Shown here: piece after piece, positions 19,532-29,818 of the stretch | Layout of the letters: each line of letters opens with the position of its first letter | Position numbering within the stretch: the stretch's first letter is position 1 | Source of the DNA: Candidatus Thorarchaeota archaeon | Lineage (GTDB): Archaea > Asgardarchaeota > Thorarchaeia > Thorarchaeales > Thorarchaeaceae | DNA length: 64,000 nucleotides | Assembly (NCBI GenBank): GCA_029858305.1 | Contig: JAOUFI010000002.1 | Span: 53,369-117,368, forward strand | Reading direction: 5' to 3' | Translations under genes and position numbers: made by a program | Notes under the pieces: generated by a model | The model's database searches: none | What the model was told of the DNA's origin: nothing | What the model saw: the letters and a program-made list of their open reading frames with translations, nothing else

Positions 19532-22500
19532 ATGGGGCTTAGACGGATATTCATCATTGGTATTTTGATTCTAAGCATAGGCTTTGCTTCACACAGTACA
19601 ACAACTGATTTTTTAACATCTAATTTTGAACCTCAAGTAGCACATCCCTCTGATACTCATACATCTTCATCTGTTGAAGGAATAGGAAATAGTCTTCTTT
19701 CAGCTGCGGGATATTCCCGTAATATCAATAATTTACAATTTTCACTAGCGAACAGCTACTCAGACAGTGAGTCACATAATCAAATCATAGATTTATCATC
19801 CTACCATATTGATGGTTGGTCATTGTATGAGGTTGAAATTTCTACTACAAGAATTGTAGCATTAGCAGAACGAGAGATAATTGGATCCAGAACTAGTCCA
19901 GGTCACATCTTATTCAACATATCAAAATATGATACTGGATATTATGACCAGTTGACACAGGGATTCTATGGTATGAGTCATGATGGTAAACTAGAAAATA
20001 TCTCACTCTTGTATACTTCATCATCATATGATCCCCTGTATCATCATTATGCATATTTCGACCTTAGATCAGATTATTCAGATGGGGCTACAAATATGGT
20101 GTCCTCTGTCCCATTAGGAAATGTAGGACTTACTCCGACCTGGGCAAGTGTAACAGAATCCACAACTCTAGATGCAGACACAATATATTATGCAGTAATG
20201 AACGGGACCAGACTTATAGAGGTCTTCGGTACATTCCCAATAATTCAATGGTATTATGAGGATTCAGAAGGTACCTATGAAACGCGACGCCATACTACAG
20301 AATATATCCCCTGGAGTTCTAGTAGACCATATGAGGCTCTGCTTAACTATACTTATATTCCGTGGAATACAACAAGTAATTCTGCTCTTGAATTCTCGGA
20401 TCCATCTATCATAGATTTGCGAGGAAATTCATCATTATTGGCAGGTTCTCAATGGAAATTCGATTCTCTTACTAATGTTTCACAAATACAATTCTCATCG
20501 AATCAATCTATATCAGTAGAATACGATCTTACACTTAGATACAAGCAGTCTGTCACATCCTCCACATCTTGGTATGCAGATTCTTCTAATTCGGTCATTT
20601 TATGGAATATAACAACATCTATCGATTATCCAGAACTAGCTGGTTCTCAAGATAGAAATCTAACTGTGTTGGTTCCAAGTGACTGGACTGCAAGTCATTT
20701 ATTTAACATCACTTACCCAACTCAATATTTCGACCATTTCACACAAATAGAATCCAGCGTAAATTGCTTTGGTCTGGCGGATGAAACTTGGATATTGGAA
20801 TGTACATCTCCAAATTATATGAAATCGTTATCGATGTTTGATACGAGTGATGATAGTATTATCACTGATAAAGTAAGTATATCTGTCACAATGGATATCA
20901 ATGCAACAATTGAAGACCAATCATCAAATCCCGCAGCAAATGGTAATGCGCATCTTGTAGTGTACTATCAAGCCGCAGAAGAATATTCTGATGATTACTC
21001 AGTAACATCAGGAACATCGCATTACCAATGGGACATCTCAACAGATTCATCATCTAATGGTCTACACACGATAGATGTGTATTGGTCAAATGGAACAGAA
21101 GTAGGATATCAATCAAATGATGTTGTAGTATTCTATGAAACAACACTCGTAGCAGATGAATATACCATCAATGACTACACTGATGACTCCTTTTACATTG
21201 GAATTGACTACAACCAAGTATTTCCAGCAGCAGGGATTGACTCATCAAGTGCAGATGTCACCTATTCATTCGGATCTGTGGTGAACCAGTCTCTCACTGA
21301 CCAGAGTAATGGAAGATGGGATGCAACTGTTTCAACAGCTAGTATGTCACCAGGACTACACACATTGACTATCTATGCTGAAGGATATGCACTCGAAAAT
21401 CGGAGTATAACCATAGATGTAGATCTTATTCATGATACCTTACCCCTGACAATTATTTATTCCAACATTTCTTATGTTGAAACTACAGAGCTTTCTGTTG
21501 CATACGAAAGAGTCGGAAACATACCAATTCCTGATGCACATGTCGAAGTGACAATTGGAACAACTACATGGCAGCTAAATTTTGATGAGGGCAGCGGTAC
21601 CTACAAGATGATTTTCAATGGAACCGATATTGATCCAGGTTTTGGGATCCATACCCTCACTATTAATGCATCTCTAGCAGGGTATAAATCGCAAAGCTAT
21701 ACTAAGACACTCATTATTCATGAAGAGAGTACCATACTCAATATAGAATGGTCAGGGAGTACTGACATCACCTATGTTGAGAGCGTGACCCTCTATGTCG
21801 ACTACCAGATGTCCAATACAACTCCAATCTATCCCGCTACTGTTGAGGTCACCATTGATACTGACATCTATGTGATGAACTGGAATGGTGGAACCGGGAG
21901 ATACTGGTATCAATTCAATGGCAGTGATTTACTTCCAGGATTTGGATTTCATAATTTGATAATTAAAGCCTCTAAATTTGGATATGCCTATCGGAGTGAC
22001 CTCACACAAACACTGAATATAACTGAAGAGCCAACAACACTGGTTCTGTCTTGGTCCAATGGGAATGAAATATCATATGTGACCTCTACAATGTTGATTG
22101 CAAAATACAATCAATCAAACGGATCTCCATTAATTAATGCAACAGTTAGCGTTACAATAGATACAGAATCATGGCTAATGGTGTGGAATACTGATACATT
22201 TGCCTACGAGTTGACCTTCAATGGAACCGATTCAATACCGGGTTTTGGGACATTCGATGTATCAGTTCTTGCATCACTTTATGGTTTTGAATCAAAACCC
22301 GATGATAACGAAACACTCTATATACACGAGGAGAGCACCTTATTCAACATAGAATGGTCAGGGAGTACTAATATCACCTATGTTGAGAGTGTGACCCTCT
22401 ATATCGATTACCAAATGTCCAATGCAACTCCAATCTATCCCGCTATAGTTGAAGTCATCATTGATACCGACATCTATGTGATGAACTGGAATGGTGGAAC

Positions 22501-25500
22501 CGGGAGATACTGGTACCAATTCAATGGCAGTGATTTACTTCCAGGATTTGGATTTCATAATTTGATAATTGAAGCCTCCAAATTTGGATATCAAAATTAT
22601 TCCAATATTTTCCAGACATTGAATATTACTGAAGAACCCACAACACTTGTTTTGTCTTGGTCAAATACCAATAGCATTACCTATGTCACCTCTACAACGC
22701 TAATTGCAAAATACAATCAATCAAACGGATCTCCAGTAATTAATGCAACAGTTAGTGTTACAATAGATACAGAATCATGGCTAATGGTGTGGAATACTGA
22801 TACATTTGTGTACGAGTTGACCTTCAATGGAACTGATTCAATACCGGGTTTTGGGTCATTTAACATATCAGTAATTGCGTCATTATATGGCTTTGAATTA
22901 AAGCCCGATGACAACGAAACACTCTTTGTTGATTTAGAACCAACCTCAATCACAATCGCTTGGTCAAATACTGGAAGCATTACCTACATAGATCAAACTA
23001 CTCTCATTGTATCCTACAGAATGAACAATAATTCAGTAATTCCAATTGATGCTGTGGTTAATGTAACAATTGATGGATTTCCAACGTGGGATCTTGATTG
23101 GGATTGGGATTATGGAACTGAAACATATCGTCTTGTCTTTAATGGTACAGACATACCCCCAGGTTTCGGCACGCACAATCTAACCATTAGAATTGGTAAG
23201 TATGGCTACGTGAACCACGTGAATACCACCCTAACTCTCACTATAGATTTAGTACCAACAATCCATGAAGTATATTGGTCAAACACTAATTCCATTACAT
23301 ACATAGAATCAACAACTCTTACAGTCAATTATACAATGACCAATGGAACACCCGTTACTGATGCAATAGTGAATGTCTCAACAGTTGCGGGATTCTGGCT
23401 GATGAAGTGGAATAATGATACATTTATGTATGAGTTGGCTTTCAATGGAACCGATTCAATACCAGGATTTGGAACTCATATTCTGACCATACAAATAAGA
23501 AAGGTTGGTTATTCGGATCCTGGAAATCTCACAGAAACCTTGATTCTGGATTTGGAACCAACAAGTATGAATATGGCTTGGCTGGATTCACCAACCATCT
23601 CATTCCTCGAATCGACAACTCTTGTTGTGTACTATAGAATGAGTAATACTTCTCCGATTTTAGATGCTACAGTTATAGCTACAATCGACGGTATCCAGTA
23701 CGAACTCGTATTGCATCCAAGTGGCTCATATAGATACACCTTCAGTGGAACAGATAATCTTCCGGGAATTGGAACACATTTACTGAAAATTGATGCGAAC
23801 AGAACTGGATTTGACTCTAAATCTGATGAAGGCGAGGTCTTGATAATTAATGAAGAATCAACATTCATTGATATCATATGGTTAGATAACAATACCATAA
23901 CTTTTGTTGAAACATCAATTCTAGTCATAAATTATACAATGACTAATGGTTCTCCGATTGCAGGAGCGACAGTTAATGCCACAATAGATGGATTTCCAGC
24001 TTGGGACCTTGTATGGGATATTGATACACAAACATATCGCTTAACATTCAATGGAACAGATGTCCCGCCTGGATTGGGATTCCACAATATCACAATCAGA
24101 GCTGACAAATTCGGATACGAAAGTCGGAATGGTTTGACCAACATTACTTTAGATAGAGAACAATCATACCTCGTTGTAAGTTGGATTCCTGATAATGATA
24201 TTTCATACATGACTAGTTCTATTCTCGTGGTTAGTTATAGGATGACGAACTCTTCGCCAATTTCTGAAGCTACTGTGAATGTTTCAATTGGAGAGGGTTC
24301 ATGGCTGATGAAATGGAGTGTTGCTAATCAAGATTACAGACTTCAGATCAATGGAACCGATATACCACCTGATTTAGGAAACTATACTATGACTATTGAG
24401 GCTACAATGTTTGGATTCTATGCAGCATACAATCTAACAGCTCAGGTTATACTTCGAGAAGAACCAACAAGTCTAGATGTGCATTGGGCAAATGGAATAA
24501 ACAATCCAAGTTTCCTTTCTTACACATATCTCATAGCAGATTACCTTTATGGAGATTCAACACCTATTGTGGATGCCATTCTGAATGTCTCAATAAATTC
24601 ATTCATTTTTCGAATGGGATGGAATGCTAGTGGTTTCTATCAATTGAAAATCAATGGTTCGGACACCTATCTAGGTGTTGGGAATAATTCAATCACAATA
24701 AGTGCTGAGAAATATGGGTATGTCACTAAGATGAATACTACTAAAGTTGTGATTCCTGTGGTCCCAACCAAACTTACTCTTGAATGGGAATTCTCTGATA
24801 CGATAACCTATGTAGAATATACTACACTTCATGCATACTACGTAATGTACAATGATTCTTTGATTTCTGAAGCATCTGTCAATGTGACGATAAATGGAAT
24901 GACACTGCCTATGATTTGGAGTTCTTCTAGTAACTCATATGAACGAACATTTTACGGGTCTGACAGTTCGTTAGGTATCACATCATTTCCAATTCTAGTC
25001 GAAGCAGCCATGATTGATTTCCAGAGTCTATCAAATTCTGATGAGATATTAACTATTCAAACTGAACCTACTACACTTGCGATATCTTGGATTGGTGGAG
25101 ACAATATCACTTACTTTCAACAGACCACACTATCAGTACAATTCGTCATGTCTAATGGATCACCAATTTCAATTGGAGTTCTTAATGCGACTATAGGAGG
25201 AGTCCTTTTCGACCTTAATTGGAATATCATTAGTGAGGCATACGAAGTGGTAATCTATGGAGATGATGCCCGATTGGATTACTTGGACTATGATGTCTTG
25301 ATTAACGCATCAGCATACGGGTTTGTCGCTTCAGTAGATACTTACCAATACTTCACTATCAGACTAGAAGATACATATCTTGTCATTGATTGGGTTCCGA
25401 GTAACACGATATCTTACTTGGACTCAACAGTATTCAGAATCTTTTACCGATATGCATCCAATCATTCTCCTGTTTTAGGAGCAGTTGTTAGTGCTTCAAC

Positions 25501-28500
25501 ATGGGTAGCGAATTATAACAGCAGTTCTGGAGCTTATGAGATAATATTCACAGGCTCTGATTTTCCAACTCCAATACCGGGTACACACTCTCTTGATGTT
25601 GTTGCCTCAAAATCAAACCATCAATCTCACACTAATGATCTTGAAGAAATCACCATCACTAAGGAAAGCACATACATCGAGTCTTGGTGGCTCAATGATA
25701 ATAATACAATAACTTTCGTTGAGAATACGACTATCTATATCAACTACTCAATTGCTGCTTCAGGCGTTTCAATTGTGGATGCTAACGTTACTGTCAGAAT
25801 TGGCACAACCATATGGGATACACTCTATAATCCAATTCTGGAACTTTACTATTTCACATTTATAGGAGATATGGATCCACCAGGACTTGGTGTCCACGGG
25901 TTGTTTATTTCAGCATCTTATAGTTTTCATGAAGGATATCAATCTGCAGTAGATAACTCGCAAATCTTAGAAATTGAATCAGCATCTGTATCAATTGATA
26001 GCTATTGGATTGTTAGTGGTACTATAACATATCTACAACAGACAACACTTGTAGTAAACTATACTTTATTGGATGGAGAAGCCATTCCACTAGCACTAGT
26101 CAATGTAACAATTGGTCAAACATTCTGGTATGCACAATGGGATGAATTGAGTGAAACCTATCGGTTGACTTTCAATGGGTCAGATTCTCTACCAGGTTTG
26201 GGATTCCACGAACTCAGTATCCGGGCAAATCGAACTGGATTTGACTCACTTACTGATAGCTCTATGACTTTGAATATCATTGAAGAATCAACCACTACGA
26301 GTGTTCTTTGGAGTAATTCTGATAGCATAACATACTTTGAGCATACGTATCTATTTGTCAGGTACAGGATGAGCAATGGTTCAGACATTCTTGGTGCTAG
26401 CGTCAATGCCACAATAGGTTCTACAAAATGGATCTTAATTTGGAATAGCACGCAAGGAGCTTATGGAGTCTTATTCAAAGGATGGGATAGCCCTCCGGGA
26501 CTAGGTAGTCATTCAATCCTGATTAACGCAACAAAACATGGTTTCGCATACATTGAGAATTCAGTTGAGGTTCTGACATTACTAAAGGACCCAACTACAA
26601 TACAAGTTTCATGGTCAAATGGAAATAACATCACATATGTTGAAACTACAACGATAATTGTACAATATAAAATGAGTAACGGTACCCCAATATCCACAGG
26701 AACTGTTATTGCAACAATTGGACTAGATAGTTGGGAACTTCTGTGGAATGTATCATCACAGGTATATTACTTCACATTTTATGGGAATATGAGTCCACCA
26801 GGTCTTGATACCTTCTCAGTTCAGATTGATGCATCTAGTGCCATTTTTGCATCCCAATCGACTTCGGAATTTCTTACATTGAGAGAGGAAGGAACAGTTA
26901 CTATTGTATCATGGACGACTGCAACATTCGATTGGACCCAGAATGTTGTAATTGGAATTGAATACCGAGATAGCTATGGTAGATTGGTCAGTGACGCAAC
27001 TCAGAAGACGATATCTGTAGATGGTTCAGAATTTACCCTATCAGGGACAAATGGAACCTATTGGTATTCATTCAACAATTCATTCGGTTTAGGGCATCAC
27101 AATGTTGTCATGAATATCAGTAAGTTTGGATATGAATTTGCTGTGAATGCAACAGTTAGCTTTGATATTATTGAAGCCTCAACGAGTCTTGAACTAGTCT
27201 GGAGTATGACTACAATTGACTACTTGGGGCAGATCACTCTGACAGTAGATTACACATATACGGGTACAGGTGATTCGATTCCAGTAGGTCTAGTCAATGT
27301 GAATATCACAATTGATGGAATCACGACTCTCAATTTGACACCAATTGGAGACTATTGGACCATTACATTGAATGGAGATTTCTTAGATTTAGGAACGCAT
27401 AGTGTCGTTATACTTGCACAAGCCTATGGCTACAACTTCGCTGAGGATAGTGACAGTCTTACAGTTAATGAGGTCTCTACAGGTACATCTGGAATTTCGT
27501 GGTCACCTTCAGACCTTACAATAGAATTCACTGGTTTCTTACAACTTGTTGTGGATTATACATACGCTAGCGGAGATGTTCCAGATACAGCAACAGTGAA
27601 TGTCACGATTGATGGTCATTTCTATGAACTTGATTATCTAGTCGGTGCTTGGCGAGTGACAATTCCTGGTAGCATCCTAGGTGTTGATGTCTTTGATGCT
27701 CATATCAGTGCATGGCTCCACGGATATGAGTTACAGACCTTTACTACTTCAGGAATTAATGTCACACTTGCAGCTAATTCATTCTATGTGACTTGGGATC
27801 CATCAGATCTAACACCAACCTACATTGATACGGTAACACTTACTGTTGCCTATATACAGGACTTTGAACCAATAGAAGACGCCACTGTTCAACTATTCAT
27901 CAATGGAACTCGCTATGAGCTAATCTATAGCTCTATTGATGAGAGATGGTTCCTCAGTATTGATGCATCAGATATTGATTTGGGAGTATGGAATGTTACT
28001 GTCACAGCAAACAAAACAGGATATGCAGAAGGGTTCCAAATGGATCTCCTCACAGTAGTTGAAGCTCCAACAATTCTTGATATTCAAGATACTGGAGATA
28101 CTCTCTATTTCGATGAAACAACTACAATAGACATCTACTACCAATTAACAAATACAAGTGCAGTTCCCGGGGCAATAATATCATTCACTCTTGATGGTAT
28201 TGAACAGACAATAACTTGGAATGGTTACCATTGGACAACTACTCTCGATGGGACAGAGCTAGGAGTTGGTGTCTATACTTACAATATCATAACGTCAGTA
28301 TATGGATATGAGACTCAGATGGACACATTTGTGATTACTATACTAAGCGTCCCAACTTCAATGATATCAGATTCGAGTATTGTGATGTATGCTCGTGACT
28401 TTGTTTCATTCAGGTTTACATACATTGATGAAAGGACTAGCACCTCAATTGATGCAAGTGAATTTAACATCACATGGATCGAATACTACAACATAGTGAC

Positions 28501-29620
28501 TCTACCGAATTACACCTATATTATCACAATAGGTGGAAATGATTTCCATACAGGGAATTATACATTCGAACTCACATTAGGAAGAGTCGGATTTGATAAT
28601 AGTACAGGAGCCATATCCATCGAAGCACGACCAATACCTGTTGAATTCATAATGGAATCCACATATACTCAATATGAAAATGAAACATTAAACATAGAGT
28701 TTCAATTGATTGATACTGTGCATTCAAGTCTAATCGATTGGGGATACTTAATTGTTGAACTCGAAGGAGCTGGGTATTTAGCAATTTTTGAAAGTGTAAG
28801 TAGCTCATACATAGTGAATTTTAGATTACCAATGAATATGGATCCGGGTTCATACATACTCTATTTCTACTCGTGGACAGAAGATTGTGTTGAAATCACC
28901 GAACCTGCGTCGCTTGAGGTCCTAGCCAAGCATACATATATTCTTTCCATTGATGCGATTGATCAAATTCAATCAGGAAACGATCTAACAATTACAATCA
29001 CAGCGATGGAAGGCACAGAATTTGCTTCTGGAATCGCGCTAGATATAACAATCGTTGTCACACTAAGTCAAGGTGGTCAACAGTTCATTGTAGAACAAAC
29101 TGTAACGGATTCTAACGGACTTGCCATAATCATTTTTGAAGTGCCTGATAATGCTGTAGAATTAGAGGTTAGCGCAAGTTTTGATGGTTCTATATCAGAA
29201 TGGCCAGCATTATCATCAATTAAGAGTGTAGAAGTGACTCCTGCAGGAACAGGTGGTACCGGATTGATTATCCCAGACCCACTTGTACTTTCAATCATAT
29301 TTGGCGGGATTTCAGTTTCAATCTTAGCTTTAGCTTTCAGAAGGAAGAGAAGGGGTAGCGGAAGTGCTGTGTCAGTTTCTGTCCATTCTACTGCTCCAAT
29401 TCTACCTCCATCAAGTCCAGCAACTGGAATTCAACAGCAATTGAGAGAAGAGATTCTAAATAGTGAAGAGGGGATAACACGAGCAGAGTTATCACGGAAA
29501 CTTGGAGCCTCAGCAAGTAAGGTTGGATCGATGGTCAAAGACCTTCTTGATTCTGATTCCGGCTTTTTTGAAGTCAAAGAAGGTGCTAAGAAACTAATCA
29601 AGTTCAAAAAATCAGGTTGA
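19532..29620 (+). CDS. Giant surface protein: signal peptide, head region, about 27 Ig-like repeats, TM helix, cytoplasmic winged helix-turn-helix
   Basis: ATG 19532 precedes a hydrophobic signal (ORF track starts at 19505); about 100-aa beta-rich repeats; TM at about 29278-29338 followed by RRKRR; GITRAELSRKLGAS.SKV HTH. Confidence 0.85.
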   Translation: MGLRRIFIIGILILSIGFASHSTTTDFLTSNFEPQVAHPSDTHTSSSVEGIGNSLLSAAGYSRNINNLQFSLANSYSDSESHNQIIDLSSYHIDGWSLYEVEISTTRIVALAEREIIGSRTSPGHILFNISKYDTGYYDQLTQGFYGMSHDGKLENISLLYTSSSYDPLYHHYAYFDLRSDYSDGATNMVSSVPLGNVGLTPTWASVTESTTLDADTIYYAVMNGTRLIEVFGTFPIIQWYYEDSEGTYETRRHTTEYIPWSSSRPYEALLNYTYIPWNTTSNSALEFSDPSIIDLRGNSSLLAGSQWKFDSLTNVSQIQFSSNQSISVEYDLTLRYKQSVTSSTSWYADSSNSVILWNITTSIDYPELAGSQDRNLTVLVPSDWTASHLFNITYPTQYFDHFTQIESSVNCFGLADETWILECTSPNYMKSLSMFDTSDDSIITDKVSISVTMDINATIEDQSSNPAANGNAHLVVYYQAAEEYSDDYSVTSGTSHYQWDISTDSSSNGLHTIDVYWSNGTEVGYQSNDVVVFYETTLVADEYTINDYTDDSFYIGIDYNQVFPAAGIDSSSADVTYSFGSVVNQSLTDQSNGRWDATVSTASMSPGLHTLTIYAEGYALENRSITIDVDLIHDTLPLTIIYSNISYVETTELSVAYERVGNIPIPDAHVEVTIGTTTWQLNFDEGSGTYKMIFNGTDIDPGFGIHTLTINASLAGYKSQSYTKTLIIHEESTILNIEWSGSTDITYVESVTLYVDYQMSNTTPIYPATVEVTIDTDIYVMNWNGGTGRYWYQFNGSDLLPGFGFHNLIIKASKFGYAYRSDLTQTLNITEEPTTLVLSWSNGNEISYVTSTMLIAKYNQSNGSPLINATVSVTIDTESWLMVWNTDTFAYELTFNGTDSIPGFGTFDVSVLASLYGFESKPDDNETLYIHEESTLFNIEWSGSTNITYVESVTLYIDYQMSNATPIYPAIVEVIIDTDIYVMNWNGGTGRYWYQFNGSDLLPGFGFHNLIIEASKFGYQNYSNIFQTLNITEEPTTLVLSWSNTNSITYVTSTTLIAKYNQSNGSPVINATVSVTIDTESWLMVWNTDTFVYELTFNGTDSIPGFGSFNISVIASLYGFELKPDDNETLFVDLEPTSITIAWSNTGSITYIDQTTLIVSYRMNNNSVIPIDAVVNVTIDGFPTWDLDWDWDYGTETYRLVFNGTDIPPGFGTHNLTIRIGKYGYVNHVNTTLTLTIDLVPTIHEVYWSNTNSITYIESTTLTVNYTMTNGTPVTDAIVNVSTVAGFWLMKWNNDTFMYELAFNGTDSIPGFGTHILTIQIRKVGYSDPGNLTETLILDLEPTSMNMAWLDSPTISFLESTTLVVYYRMSNTSPILDATVIATIDGIQYELVLHPSGSYRYTFSGTDNLPGIGTHLLKIDANRTGFDSKSDEGEVLIINEESTFIDIIWLDNNTITFVETSILVINYTMTNGSPIAGATVNATIDGFPAWDLVWDIDTQTYRLTFNGTDVPPGLGFHNITIRADKFGYESRNGLTNITLDREQSYLVVSWIPDNDISYMTSSILVVSYRMTNSSPISEATVNVSIGEGSWLMKWSVANQDYRLQINGTDIPPDLGNYTMTIEATMFGFYAAYNLTAQVILREEPTSLDVHWANGINNPSFLSYTYLIADYLYGDSTPIVDAILNVSINSFIFRMGWNASGFYQLKINGSDTYLGVGNNSITISAEKYGYVTKMNTTKVVIPVVPTKLTLEWEFSDTITYVEYTTLHAYYVMYNDSLISEASVNVTINGMTLPMIWSSSSNSYERTFYGSDSSLGITSFPILVEAAMIDFQSLSNSDEILTIQTEPTTLAISWIGGDNITYFQQTTLSVQFVMSNGSPISIGVLNATIGGVLFDLNWNIISEAYEVVIYGDDARLDYLDYDVLINASAYGFVASVDTYQYFTIRLEDTYLVIDWVPSNTISYLDSTVFRIFYRYASNHSPVLGAVVSASTWVANYNSSSGAYEIIFTGSDFPTPIPGTHSLDVVASKSNHQSHTNDLEEITITKESTYIESWWLNDNNTITFVENTTIYINYSIAASGVSIVDANVTVRIGTTIWDTLYNPILELYYFTFIGDMDPPGLGVHGLFISASYSFHEGYQSAVDNSQILEIESASVSIDSYWIVSGTITYLQQTTLVVNYTLLDGEAIPLALVNVTIGQTFWYAQWDELSETYRLTFNGSDSLPGLGFHELSIRANRTGFDSLTDSSMTLNIIEESTTTSVLWSNSDSITYFEHTYLFVRYRMSNGSDILGASVNATIGSTKWILIWNSTQGAYGVLFKGWDSPPGLGSHSILINATKHGFAYIENSVEVLTLLKDPTTIQVSWSNGNNITYVETTTIIVQYKMSNGTPISTGTVIATIGLDSWELLWNVSSQVYYFTFYGNMSPPGLDTFSVQIDASSAIFASQSTSEFLTLREEGTVTIVSWTTATFDWTQNVVIGIEYRDSYGRLVSDATQKTISVDGSEFTLSGTNGTYWYSFNNSFGLGHHNVVMNISKFGYEFAVNATVSFDIIEASTSLELVWSMTTIDYLGQITLTVDYTYTGTGDSIPVGLVNVNITIDGITTLNLTPIGDYWTITLNGDFLDLGTHSVVILAQAYGYNFAEDSDSLTVNEVSTGTSGISWSPSDLTIEFTGFLQLVVDYTYASGDVPDTATVNVTIDGHFYELDYLVGAWRVTIPGSILGVDVFDAHISAWLHGYELQTFTTSGINVTLAANSFYVTWDPSDLTPTYIDTVTLTVAYIQDFEPIEDATVQLFINGTRYELIYSSIDERWFLSIDASDIDLGVWNVTVTANKTGYAEGFQMDLLTVVEAPTILDIQDTGDTLYFDETTTIDIYYQLTNTSAVPGAIISFTLDGIEQTITWNGYHWTTTLDGTELGVGVYTYNIITSVYGYETQMDTFVITILSVPTSMISDSSIVMYARDFVSFRFTYIDERTSTSIDASEFNITWIEYYNIVTLPNYTYIITIGGNDFHTGNYTFELTLGRVGFDNSTGAISIEARPIPVEFIMESTYTQYENETLNIEFQLIDTVHSSLIDWGYLIVELEGAGYLAIFESVSSSYIVNFRLPMNMDPGSYILYFYSWTEDCVEITEPASLEVLAKHTYILSIDAIDQIQSGNDLTITITAMEGTEFASGIALDITIVVTLSQGGQQFIVEQTVTDSNGLAIIIFEVPDNAVELEVSASFDGSISEWPALSSIKSVEVTPAGTGGTGLIIPDPLVLSIIFGGISVSILALAFRRKRRGSGSAVSVSVHSTAPILPPSSPATGIQQQLREEILNSEEGITRAELSRKLGASASKVGSMVKDLLDSDSGFFEVKEGAKKLIKFKKSG
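21719..22930 (+). repeat. Recent intragenic tandem duplication, 606-bp unit x2
   Basis: 21719-22324 and 22325-22930 share long identical nucleotide stretches (e.g. atagaatggtcagggagtact; gacatctatgtgatgaactggaatggtggaaccgggagatactgg). Confidence 0.9.
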
Positions 29621-29818
29621 TTTTAGTGAATCACATAGAGATACCCACAGTTTATTGATATGGATTTACTTCTCTAGTTAGCTACTATACGACAGATTGT
29701 AAGCACATCCCGAAAATATTATGAAGCAGGCAATATGGGTCAGATGATAAATCTCTCATGCGTATAATGAAGGATGTGCTAAGGAACTCTGCGAATCCAT
29801 GATTCTCGAGGGAAGAAT

